Shown in pieces: positions 51,620 through 60,852 of a DNA stretch of 64,000 nucleotides. Source of the stretch: Bacillota bacterium (lineage in GTDB: Bacteria > Bacillota > JAAYKD01); NCBI GenBank assembly GCA_963666425.2, contig OY762825.2, positions 1,984,001 to 2,048,000 on the forward strand. Reading direction: 5' to 3'. How positions within the stretch are numbered: position 1 is the first letter of the stretch; every line of letters begins with the position of its first letter. The notes beneath the pieces were generated by a model, which did not search any database, was not told where the DNA came from, and saw only the letters and a list, made by a program, of their open reading frames with translations. Made by a program: the position numbers and the translations under genes.

Positions 51620-52993
51620 ATGGACAAAGAAGAATTTCTTAAATTTATGTCTGTATCATCTGAAGAAGAATTACTTTTGTATTTCAACAATTACAGTCTA
51701 GAACAATATACATTCGATAATAGTAAATATGAAATAACTTTTTTATATAACCTCGGCTTATTCATATCTAAAGTATACTCGCAAGATATACTTCAGAATC
51801 TTTTTAGAAGTGAAGACAAGTATTATTATGCACCTTTTTGCTATCTGAAAGCGGTTCAAATATATGAGACTAATAAACTGGAATTGAATAAAGATAGAGG
51901 TTTTGTCCATGAAACTATAAGGCGCTGTTACGTTAACTTAGGAAATGAATATAGTAATCAATTTAGAACGGTCGATGCTCTAAGATATTTTCGAAAGGCG
52001 TTAGAAATTGACAACTTTTTTGATATGGCAGTAGGAAATTTTGCATACTGCATTGAAAGGCATCCCGTTTTTTTTAAGTTTAGTGAGTCCGATAAAATCT
52101 TTAATTTATTATTCAAATTATACGACGGTGTTCATATTCAAGAATTGGATGCTGGCCAAGAATTCTTTAACAATAAAAAAATTCGATCTAATTACTTAAG
52201 GAGTTCTTATAACGAATCAATTAGGCTTGGACAAAATTCACATTATAACCCGGGTAATTTTCTCATAAAAATTTCTAATGAGGGGTACGAAGAATGGTGT
52301 GTTAGAAACACTTTGGTTTTAAATCCAATTAATGATATAGGCGATTATGTAGAAGGTCAAAAGGATATGGACTTTGACTATATTGCCCTGAAATTGGAAC
52401 TAAAAAATGAGAAAACTTTACTAAAGCATATGTATGACCTTTACATCTATCTACGGAAAAAGATATTTCTACACAAAGAAATTAATGATATAGGAGATAT
52501 TTTTGAAATAGAACTGGTTTTTAATACCTTATACTCATTCTTTGATAAAATAGCATTTTGGTTATACAAATATTTTAGTTTAGAGTTCAAAGATGAAAGC
52601 AAAGTAAGCATATTAAGCATTTGGTGTAAAAAAACAAACTTAGGTGTACCTTTGTTGGATTATAAAAATCAACATCTTTATAACATTTTTTGGCTTAGAA
52701 AAGAATATCGACAACTAAAACCAGGTGATTTGGAAATTAATAAACAATTATCACCGGATGCTCAAAATTATTGGACCCTTCGGAATAGTATGGAGCATAG
52801 AGGATATAGTACTGACGCGTCAGCGGAACATTATATCAATCCATTGGATTTATTATCTAAAACCATAAAATTAACTTCGGTAGTAAGAAATTTAATATTA
52901 TCGATTATATTCATGGTTGATGTTGAAAACAAATTGATTGTAGATGGCAAAAGGAATTTAGATTTAGTGTTTTTTCCATGTGAGTGGTTTTAA
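51620..52993 (+). CDS. TPR + LA2681-like HEPN domain protein (putative RNase effector)
   Basis: TPR-like YVNLGN..ALRYFRKALEID; LYSFFDKIAF; HEPN RxxxxH motif RNSMEH. Confidence 0.75.
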   Translation: MDKEEFLKFMSVSSEEELLLYFNNYSLEQYTFDNSKYEITFLYNLGLFISKVYSQDILQNLFRSEDKYYYAPFCYLKAVQIYETNKLELNKDRGFVHETIRRCYVNLGNEYSNQFRTVDALRYFRKALEIDNFFDMAVGNFAYCIERHPVFFKFSESDKIFNLLFKLYDGVHIQELDAGQEFFNNKKIRSNYLRSSYNESIRLGQNSHYNPGNFLIKISNEGYEEWCVRNTLVLNPINDIGDYVEGQKDMDFDYIALKLELKNEKTLLKHMYDLYIYLRKKIFLHKEINDIGDIFEIELVFNTLYSFFDKIAFWLYKYFSLEFKDESKVSILSIWCKKTNLGVPLLDYKNQHLYNIFWLRKEYRQLKPGDLEINKQLSPDAQNYWTLRNSMEHRGYSTDASAEHYINPLDLLSKTIKLTSVVRNLILSIIFMVDVENKLIVDGKRNLDLVFFPCEWF

Positions 52994-53012
52994 TAAAATG
53001 TAGTTTTTTTGT

Positions 53013-53254
53013 TGATATATTGCAAAATGGAGTGTGCCACCCTGAGTGTGGGTAAAAGGCTAGCTCACAATGAAGACTTCGTATAGAATGGAGTTGTAAA
53101 GACAACATTCAAACGGAGGTAACAATATGAGCTATGTTGGGATTGCGGACGACTTTTTGGAAAATTTAGGTGGCCAGATTACGAAAATGTATGGGCTGGA
53201 AATCGCCTATTCAAGTATTTCTTAACGAAGTGGCGCACTTGACATTACAATTCA
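53013..53254 (+). mobile_element. internally deleted IS30-family element
   Basis: IRs ..TTGCAAAATGGAGTGTGCCAC / GTGGCGCACTTGACATTACAATTCA; SD + ATG AGC TAT near the left end, and transposase C-terminus RLRKCMGWKSP..VAHLTLQF at the right end. Confidence 0.7.
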
Positions 53255-53378
53255 TTAAATATATGAATGCGATCATAATCCGGATTCCTCGCAGAAATTA
53301 CACAACTAATAATGAAGCGCCTTTATCCGCGCAACAAGACGCGGCAATAATACTTAAACATTGTAAGGAGGGACCATT

Positions 53379-54395
53379 ATGGCTCAGCAACTATCATTCA
53401 CCTCCGTCTTCGAGAGCGCGGCAAAACTCCCGCTTGTACACATCGACCGAAAAGCGTTCTTGACCAAGAACCTCAGCAAGCTCTGTACCAAAATACAGTT
53501 GCAAAAGGCTATCGCTGAGGGAACGCTTCATGCCAACATCCCGATTGCAACATTAGACAGTTTGGCAAATGCCGTCATTAACGCAGAAACCATCAAGGTA
53601 ACCGTCATATCAACAGCGGCAGGCATGCCAGGCGGGATCGCTATAGTTGCTACTATCCCGGCTGACTTGGTGCAGTTCTACGGATTTGTAATCCGTATAT
53701 CGCAAGAACTGGCATACATATACGGTTGGGAAGAGATATTTGCCGAATCGGCTGAGCTTGACGCGGGCACGGAGTCTCAACTCATTTTGTTTATCGGCGT
53801 GATGTCCGGTGTAGGAGCCGCTAACAAGGTCGTGGCCAAGTTGTTCGGTGAAACGGCAATGAGGGCTGTTGCAAAAAAAGTTGCCGCCAAAGCGCTTACT
53901 AAAACGTGGTATTATCCATTTGTCAAGAAAATCGCGACAATGTTGGGGCAAAATATGGTAAAGGCAACATTCGCCAAGGGCGTATCAAAATTTGTTCCTA
54001 TACTTGGCGGAGTTATCTCTGGCGGTCTCACGCTGGCAATGTTTAAGCCGATGGCACACATGCTCAAGAAGCATCTCTCAACAATGGCTCATATGTCGCC
54101 GGAAGAGTTTGCCGAGTACGAAGCCGCTATTGTCTTTGATGCGAAAGACTCAGACACAGATGGCGAGATTGTTGAAGTAGTGATTGAGGAGGTTGCGACA
54201 AACTATTGGGTTTGTACTTGTGGTGCGGAGAACAAAGGTAAATTCTGCACTGAGTGTGGCAAAACAAAACCCATCGGGATACCGCAATACAAATGTGACA
54301 AGTGCGGTTGGGAACCGGATGATAAGACTCACCTACCAAAGTTCTGTCCGGCATGTGGCGACTCATTTGATGATGGCGATATAGTATTGGTATAA
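53379..54395 (+). CDS. EcsC-like helical protein with C-terminal double zinc ribbon
   Basis: AGMPGG..TIPADL.Q, KFVPILGGVISGG; WVCTCG..FCTECG..CDKCGW..FCPACG. Confidence 0.75.
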   Translation: MAQQLSFTSVFESAAKLPLVHIDRKAFLTKNLSKLCTKIQLQKAIAEGTLHANIPIATLDSLANAVINAETIKVTVISTAAGMPGGIAIVATIPADLVQFYGFVIRISQELAYIYGWEEIFAESAELDAGTESQLILFIGVMSGVGAANKVVAKLFGETAMRAVAKKVAAKALTKTWYYPFVKKIATMLGQNMVKATFAKGVSKFVPILGGVISGGLTLAMFKPMAHMLKKHLSTMAHMSPEEFAEYEAAIVFDAKDSDTDGEIVEVVIEEVATNYWVCTCGAENKGKFCTECGKTKPIGIPQYKCDKCGWEPDDKTHLPKFCPACGDSFDDGDIVLV

Positions 54396-54730
54396 CATAA
54401 TTAGCAAACATTATAAACAAATTGGTAGCTCTCCAGTTACTATGAGTTGCCCACTATGTTTAAAAAAACGTAACGAGCGTAATACAAATATTCTGAAATA
54501 AAAGCTCCTCATCACAAGAAGGAAAATCAATGATGATGAGCTTTTTATTCCCAAGCCTTATATCTGTATAACCGTAAGCGTCAAATAATACCCACATCAA
54601 GCTAAAAAAGCCACCCGAAAATGGCAAAGTCATAATTCACACAGAATTCTTCTATTTGTGGCTTAACCTGCAGATTTGTGGAATTTCCACTGCCCACAGC
54701 AGCGCTTCTATCGGTTCTGTTTTATACCGT

Positions 54731-54803
54731 TGATTACGTCGGTTGAAACTGTGCCGTTGCACTAACTTTCCGTTTCTACTGCACTCCAGAGGTGATATAA
54801 TCA
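54731..54803. mobile_element. 73-bp ends-only IS21 derivative
   Basis: TGATTACGTCGGTTGAAAC...GATATAATCA with 7-bp TSD ATACCGT; homologous to the element C end. Confidence 0.8.
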
Positions 54804-55005
54804 ATACCGTTGGATCTGCTGGAAGACATACTCAAGATAAGCATACGGAATAAGCCCGTTTTCTTTTGCGGTCTCTACTGGACATTTTCTTGGACCTAAG
54901 ATACTAAACAAAGACTATATCTGTACCACTGTGAGACTCATTTCTTTGAGTAAGGTTTTAATCTGACCTTCGTTCTGGTTCGAGTTGACGTTTGTGTAAA
55001 CTGAG

Positions 55006-55103
55006 GAAGCGCCGTAAACCGAACGGTACGTACGGTGCTGTGGGAGGTGGGTATTCCGGACGAGGTTACCCCGGAGGGGGTGCGGATAAAATCCTGAACT
55101 GAT
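55006..55103 (+). ncRNA. group II intron (IIC-like) domain V/VI remnant
   Basis: GAAGCGCCGTAAACCGAACGGTACGTACGGTGCTGTGGGAGG followed by a DVI-like segment; no RT ORF. Confidence 0.7.
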
Positions 55104-55127
55104 TAAACCCAAACCAAGGAGACAAAG

Positions 55128-55685
55128 ATGAGCCGATTTGCAGTTATAGACACGGAGACAACTTGGCGCGATGCGGTTATGTCCATTGGGATTGTGATAG
55201 CGGAATCTGCAACTTTCGAATTGATTGACAAGCGGTACTTCATACTTACGCCATTCAAAAATCAAGGCGGTATGTATTCATATGCTTTATATGCAAACAA
55301 CATCAAGCCAGATCTTGAGTGCTCTCGGGAAAAGGCGATTGACGAGTTAAGGCAGTTTCTTTTTGATCACGATATTGAGACTATCTTTGCTTACAATGCT
55401 GCATTCGACTATCGTCACTTGCCAGAACTCCAGCACTTCGCTTGGCACGACATTATGAAGTTGGCGGCGTATAGGCAGCACAATCCCAGAATACCACATT
55501 GTGCCCAGTGTTATGGTACGGGCAGGTTGAAGCGCGGATATGGTGTGGAGAGCATTTATCGAATGTTAAGCGAAAATTTGGAATACTGCGAAATGCATAA
55601 TGCCTTAACCGACGCGATAGATGAATTGATTATTATGAGGATGCTAAATCACGAGCTTGGTAATTATGCTATGGCAAGGATATAA
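55128..55685 (+). CDS. DEDDh 3'-5' exonuclease (copy 1)
   Basis: VIDTET, AYNAAFD, HNALTDA. Confidence 0.88.
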   Translation: MSRFAVIDTETTWRDAVMSIGIVIAESATFELIDKRYFILTPFKNQGGMYSYALYANNIKPDLECSREKAIDELRQFLFDHDIETIFAYNAAFDYRHLPELQHFAWHDIMKLAAYRQHNPRIPHCAQCYGTGRLKRGYGVESIYRMLSENLEYCEMHNALTDAIDELIIMRMLNHELGNYAMARI

Positions 55686-56079
55686 ATAGCAGACACATCG
55701 CGGCTAACCTTTTAGCAATACATGTGAAGTGCTATACTTATTTATAAAACGTCTGAAAAATGCACATGGTTGTGCATGTAATGTTATAGCTAGCTCAAAT
55801 AAGCCGCAAAATGCTAAGGTTACCTGACCGAGAGTTGTTTGGCATAATGGCCAAAAAGAGAAAGGAAAAGTCACCCTCGATAAGGAGCTCCATGTGTATC
55901 TAGCACAAGAACCCAAGGGGTGTCTCACCAAAAGCATGATAATTATATCAGACTTTACTTTGAAGCGCAGGAGCGAAAACGAAGCAAAAGCGCGCTTTAA
56001 ATTAAGCGAGTGAATTGCATCAAACCAACTTATTATATATGGTCGGTAAAACCTCAGCTGCACACTGGTTCGCACGATG

Positions 56080-56233
56080 ACTTGCGACTAACTTGCAACT
56101 AACTTGCGACTAACTTGCAACTAACTTGCGTTTAACTTGCAACTAACTTGCAACTAACTTGCGACTAACTTGCGACTAACTTGCGACTAACTTGCAACTA
56201 ACTTGCAACTAACTTGCAACTAACTTGGAACTA
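56080..56233 (+). repeat. 11-bp tandem repeat ACTTG(C/G)(A/G)ACTA x14
   Basis: Direct unit count. Confidence 0.95.
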
Positions 56234-56389
56234 ACATTTCCCAGCAGAACGGTCAATAACACAAGAAGTCGCGGAGGCACTCAAGTGCAGTCAGAAACGA
56301 TAAAACGAATGCTTGCGATCCGGTTTGCCGCGCTGCTAACTGCATTTCATTATCCACAATGAATCCTCAACAAACAAGGAGATGATTTT

Positions 56390-57754
56390 ACGAAAAGAAA
56401 AATCGCCGTATTTTACTATGATGGTTTCGCGGAGTTTGAAATCGCTCCGCTTTTACTGCTGTTGAACGAACAAGAGATAACATTTTTGGCCTTGGAAAAC
56501 AGGTCTTATCAAAGTGGGGAGCAACAGCGTTTCTCGGTGGATAAGACCATTGCAGAAATAGATCCGCTCCTCTTTGATCTTTTAATTCTGCCGGGTGGAG
56601 ATTCCGCGCCATTATACGAAAATAGGCGACTGAAGAATTTCATCTCTGCCATGCTCAGCCAGGGCAAAGCGGTTGCCGCAATCTGCGGCGGCTCAGAGCT
56701 GCTGGCCGCCATGGGCTTCCTCACTGGCAAGCATTGCACCGGCGGCGCATCGGGTGTATCAAAAACAGACACTGTATATCCGCTTTATCGCGAAGCGCTC
56801 TTATCTCAAGCGCAGGTGGTGTTGGATGGCAGCATCATTACCGCTCAAGGCCAAGCCTATCTGGAATTTGCGGTGACGGTGGCCAAGTACCTGGGGATTC
56901 TGAAAGATGATCCTGCAAAGCTTGAGACGCTGAACTGGCTGAAAAATAGGCGCGGGGAAGCGAGCACGGTCAATTGGCTGCAGCCGCTGGATGGTTGGAT
57001 CGACCTAAGCGAGTCTGTCAAGGTGAGCACCGGCAGCTTTGAAGAATGCAATCTGACTCTGGTCGTTTCGGAGGGCGAGGCGCTTTTAGTGGATACCGGC
57101 TACGAAATGCCGGAAGCTGAACGTGTACTGCTGTATCTGAAAAAGCATGGCTTAAAACTGAAGCATATTGTTATCACCCATCATCATGATGATCACGATG
57201 CGAATCTGGCGCTTTTTACGATGAACGAAGGGCAGATTTTCGATCCGGCGCATCTGCCGGATGAAGCGGAATTGCGCATTGGCAATAAGAAAGTCAGGTT
57301 GCAGAAAACACCGGGACATTTTCCGGCAGGAGATATCAGCGCTGTTGTGGTAGAGGAGCAGATCTTGATTGCGGGGGATATTCTCTATGCCTGTCTGCCG
57401 CCGCAATTGTGTTACGGTGCCAATCCGGAAGTATTGATCCAGACCTTAGAAAAAATAGAGCAGCAGCACTACAAATGGATTGTCCCGGGGCACGGCAAAG
57501 TGCTTTCGGGGCCGCTGATGATGTCTATGTCACTGTCCTACATCCAACTGCTCTACGAAAAACTGCAGGCAATTGTTCTGCGGCAGGGTGCGGCGGTGGA
57601 GATAGACCAGATTGCTTTAGCCGATTGTATCCTACATCGGGATTGGATGGTGGAAGCACCGGCGCTTGATCTGCATCGTCAAAACAAAAAGGAACTCTTC
57701 GCTAAACTCAAGCGTATCAATGCAAACGGCAGCACCAGCGTGCTTAAAGGGTGA
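56390..57754 (+). CDS. DJ-1/PfpI + metallo-beta-lactamase fusion (copy 1), probable ACG start
   Basis: GFAEFE, LPGG, AAICGG; VDTG, ITHHHDDH, TPGH, AGD, VPGHG. Confidence 0.85.
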   Translation, partial: TKRKIAVFYYDGFAEFEIAPLLLLLNEQEITFLALENRSYQSGEQQRFSVDKTIAEIDPLLFDLLILPGGDSAPLYENRRLKNFISAMLSQGKAVAAICGGSELLAAMGFLTGKHCTGGASGVSKTDTVYPLYREALLSQAQVVLDGSIITAQGQAYLEFAVTVAKYLGILKDDPAKLETLNWLKNRRGEASTVNWLQPLDGWIDLSESVKVSTGSFEECNLTLVVSEGEALLVDTGYEMPEAERVLLYLKKHGLKLKHIVITHHHDDHDANLALFTMNEGQIFDPAHLPDEAELRIGNKKVRLQKTPGHFPAGDISAVVVEEQILIAGDILYACLPPQLCYGANPEVLIQTLEKIEQQHYKWIVPGHGKVLSGPLMMSMSLSYIQLLYEKLQAIVLRQGAAVEIDQIALADCILHRDWMVEAPALDLHRQNKKELFAKLKRINANGSTSVLKG

Positions 57755-57763
57755 ACAAGCAAG

Positions 57764-58269
57764 ATGAATCATCATAACATGGACATTCAGCCATAGAATT
57801 TAACTCGGATCGAACCAATTCTGCAGGCGCATCTGCGTGCTTTGGCCTTTCCAATGGATTCTTTTCTCGAAGACCGCTTGACGAACAGTAAAATTTACGC
57901 ACTATCGTCTGAGGATCAGCTGATTGGATATGCCGGCGTTTACGAAGGGGTATTGTATTTCTTTCACATTTTACTCGCTCACTTTAGCCTGGCGCCTGAG
58001 ATTTTGGAGAAATTCATACTGGAAAATGTAATCGACCGCGTTTATGTTACAACGCAGGACCCTCTTTTTGCTGCTTTAATTGCCGAATGGGATTATGAAA
58101 AGCAGAAAGATGCCTGCTGGTTCATTGACGGCAACAGAAGTATGCGGCCAACAGCAATCACGAATGCAATGGTCTTTCGCTTGGCTCAAGCGGAGGATCT
58201 GCAAACAATTGCTGCTGCAACCGATCCTTTTTTTGATTCGCTGGGCCAAAGAATCCAAGAGCAAAGCAT
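57764..58269 (+). pseudogene. GNAT acetyltransferase copy 1 (nonsense mutation and truncation)
   Basis: TAG at 57794 where copy 2 has TCG; 3' end replaced by IS66 tnpA sequence. Confidence 0.88.
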
Positions 58270-58545
58270 TCAGCCATTTGTGCAGTGTGCTGACGCCAAT
58301 GCCGTTTTCTTCACACCATGTTTTTATTGACATTCCGCTGCACTGATACAAATTTAGCAGCTCGGTCTTTTCTGGCTTTGTGTATTTCTTGCGCTTTTGC
58401 GTTTTTGTTGTTTCCATGACTACACCCCCTTTTGGAGGTATTATCTCATTTCGAAGTTTGTTTGACTATGTGGGTATTATTTGACGCTTACTGATAAGCA
58501 ATAGTAAGCAACTGCAGTTTGTAAAAAGTGGGAGATGGAAAAAGT

Positions 58546-59907
58546 ATGGAAATTAATGCTGCATTAAGAAAAGAAATCGAGATAGACATCTCGCAATGTG
58601 AGGAATACGGTGAAGCTAAAGGCTCGGAGTCTCTTTATGGCGTCCTCATGGCAAAATATAGCGTTGTAGATTCGCAATTTGGCAAGGGGTTATCTACGAA
58701 CGGAAAAGCTGCAGCGCCGGGCAACGAGTTCGATTTCAGGCAGGAACTAAAAGCGATAGCTGCAAAATTGCGGATGTGGCTGTTGACTACCCCTTCGTCA
58801 ACTGATATATCTCCAAATACAAAATCGAACCCGCTGAAAGAGAAAGTTTGTTCTTTCATCCAGCGAGGAGAGGAAATACTGGTCAAAGAGCGGCATACTC
58901 CAGAAAGAGGAATCGTCATGCCCTCTTATGTGTCTGGGCCTTTGTTGGATGCATGGATGGGTGAAATTATCATTTTCAACGAGCGGTATTTGAAAAAGCA
59001 TCCCCTCCATGACAGCATATACACTACATATCTCCGTTATAAGGAACAATTTTCCTGTTGTGGAGATATGCTTGGCCATTTGCGTGCGTTAGCAACAGAC
59101 GATGAATTTTTCGAAATAAACCAACATCCAGCATCGATAAAAACTGCTTCGGTCATTCCAAACATGGCAGATATGTTGACAGATGATATATCCAGATGTC
59201 AAGAATTCATCGCCAGGCCAACTGATGAGAAAATCGGTCAGAATCTTTACACTGAGATCACAAGCCGATATGACAGCGCCATAAAGGGATTTGGCAACGG
59301 GTTATACCAATACTACGCCGAACAGCATTTTTATGATCCGGAGATTTCAGGCGATTCACTCACTCACAATCTGAATGTGTTACTTAATAAGATGGTCTCA
59401 TTCAAGGCACAAAAATACGGTGTGTCGAACGAAAGTCGAAAGATGGCGACGCATATGAGCAATAAGGTATTTATTGTCCACGGACATGACGAAGCTGCAA
59501 AACAAACAATGGCGCGTACACTTGAACATGGTGGATTTGAGCCAATCATCCTCCATGAGCAAGCAAGCAGCGGGCGTACAATTATCGAAAAAATTGAAAA
59601 TTATACAGATGCTTCTTTCGCTGTGGTTTTGTATACTGAGTGCGATTTAGGACGAGCGAAAGAAAAAAGATGTGAAGATGAGCATTACCGAGCTCGTCAA
59701 AATGTTGTATTTGAACACGGATATCTGATTGGCAGATTAAGCCGGGAGCGTGTTTGCGCGCTGGTAAAGGGCAATGTTGAAACCCCCGGTGATATTTCCG
59801 GCGTTGTATATATATCGATGGACGATGCCGGTGCATGGAAAATGGAACTTGCAAAGGAAATGCAGAATGTGGGTATAACTATTGATATGAATAGTTTCTG
59901 CAAATAA
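58546..59907 (+). CDS. TIR-like nucleotide-binding domain protein (CAP12/Pycsar-effector-type TIR) with unknown N-terminus
   Basis: KVFIVHGHD, PIILHEQ, TIIEKIE, RARQNVVFEHG, ETPGDISG. Confidence 0.88.
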   Translation: MEINAALRKEIEIDISQCEEYGEAKGSESLYGVLMAKYSVVDSQFGKGLSTNGKAAAPGNEFDFRQELKAIAAKLRMWLLTTPSSTDISPNTKSNPLKEKVCSFIQRGEEILVKERHTPERGIVMPSYVSGPLLDAWMGEIIIFNERYLKKHPLHDSIYTTYLRYKEQFSCCGDMLGHLRALATDDEFFEINQHPASIKTASVIPNMADMLTDDISRCQEFIARPTDEKIGQNLYTEITSRYDSAIKGFGNGLYQYYAEQHFYDPEISGDSLTHNLNVLLNKMVSFKAQKYGVSNESRKMATHMSNKVFIVHGHDEAAKQTMARTLEHGGFEPIILHEQASSGRTIIEKIENYTDASFAVVLYTECDLGRAKEKRCEDEHYRARQNVVFEHGYLIGRLSRERVCALVKGNVETPGDISGVVYISMDDAGAWKMELAKEMQNVGITIDMNSFCK

Positions 59908-59979
59908 AGAAAGGCCGCACTAAAGGTTTTATCCTTCTGGAGTTGTCAATAGCGGTTCAGTCATTATCTCGAGATAATT

Positions 59980-60267
59980 GGGTCTGTCAAGAGTTTTGTG
60001 CTTTTGCTTACCAGAAGTAATTCTACTGCAAATAGGACGAAAACAAATTCAGGAAATCAATCGATAATTGTAAGAGACTATAGCCCCAGTTTTGAATGCG
60101 CCTAGACCACTTCCTGAGGATATCCTTTCTAGGTAGACAAGCATTTTCTTTAAAGCTTCATCATTAGAGATTATTTTTTTCTCATTTGCGCCATTCCTTT
60201 CACCTCTACATCCAATCATACATCGATAGGTTTGGTTTGACAAAAGCACAAACTATTTTATACTACC
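59980..60267 (-). mobile_element. internally deleted IS256-family element (MITE-like)
   Basis: Imperfect IRs GGGTCTGTCAAGAGTTTTGTGCTTTTG / GGTAGTATAAAATAGTTTGTGCTTTTG; SD + ATG followed by SNDEALKKML..RKWSRRIQNWG. Confidence 0.7.
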
Positions 60268-60294
60268 AATTAATCCCAAACCAAGGAGATAAAG

Positions 60295-60852
60295 ATGAGC
60301 CGATTTGCAGTTATAGACACAGAGACAACTTGGTGCGATGCGGTTATGTCCATTGGGACTGTGATAGCAGAATCTGAAACCTTCGAATTGATTGACAAGC
60401 GGTACTTCATACTTACACCATTCAAAAATCAAGGCGGTATGTATTCATATGCTTTATATGCAAACAATATCAAGCCAGATCTTGAGTGCTCTCGGGAAAA
60501 GGCGATTGACGAGTTAAGACGATTTCTCTTCAACCACGATATCGAGACTATCTTTGCTTACAATGCTGCATTCGACTATCGTCACTTGCCAGAACTCCAG
60601 CACTTCGCTTGGCACGACATTATGAAGCTGGCGGCGTATAGACAGCACAATCCCAGAATACCAGATTGTGCCCAATGCTATGGCACGGGCAGATTGAAGC
60701 GCGGATATGGCGTGGAGAGCATTTATCGAATGTTAAGCGAAAATTTGGAATACTGCGAAATGCATAATGCCTTAACCGACGCGATAGATGAATTGATTAT
60801 TATGAGGATGCTAAATCACGAGCTTGGTAATTATGCTATGGCGAGGATATAA
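60295..60852 (+). CDS. DEDDh 3'-5' exonuclease (copy 2)
   Basis: Near-identical to 55128-55685. Confidence 0.88.
   Translation: MSRFAVIDTETTWCDAVMSIGTVIAESETFELIDKRYFILTPFKNQGGMYSYALYANNIKPDLECSREKAIDELRRFLFNHDIETIFAYNAAFDYRHLPELQHFAWHDIMKLAAYRQHNPRIPDCAQCYGTGRLKRGYGVESIYRMLSENLEYCEMHNALTDAIDELIIMRMLNHELGNYAMARI

Larger units (their letters stand above)
55102..58269 (+). repeat. copy 1 of a ~3.1-kb direct duplication (copy 2 at ~60269-63348)
   Basis: Near-identical exonuclease, intergenic region, DJ-1/MBL gene and GNAT 5' part. Confidence 0.95.
54574..58491 (-). mobile_element. IS66-family ends enclosing cargo DNA (non-autonomous derivative)
   Basis: Perfect 24-bp IR GTAAGCGTCAAATAATACCCACAT; tnpC C-terminus VETAKENGLIPYAYL (~54670-54880); tnpA N-terminus (58417-58270). 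Confidence 0.8.

Noticed and set aside
56080-56233. CRISPR array or coding repeat
   Set aside because: Contiguous 11-mers with no spacers; repeated TAA codons block translation
58546-59907. Complete CBASS, Pycsar or Thoeris system
   Set aside because: No cyclase, SIR2 or macrodomain partner in the window
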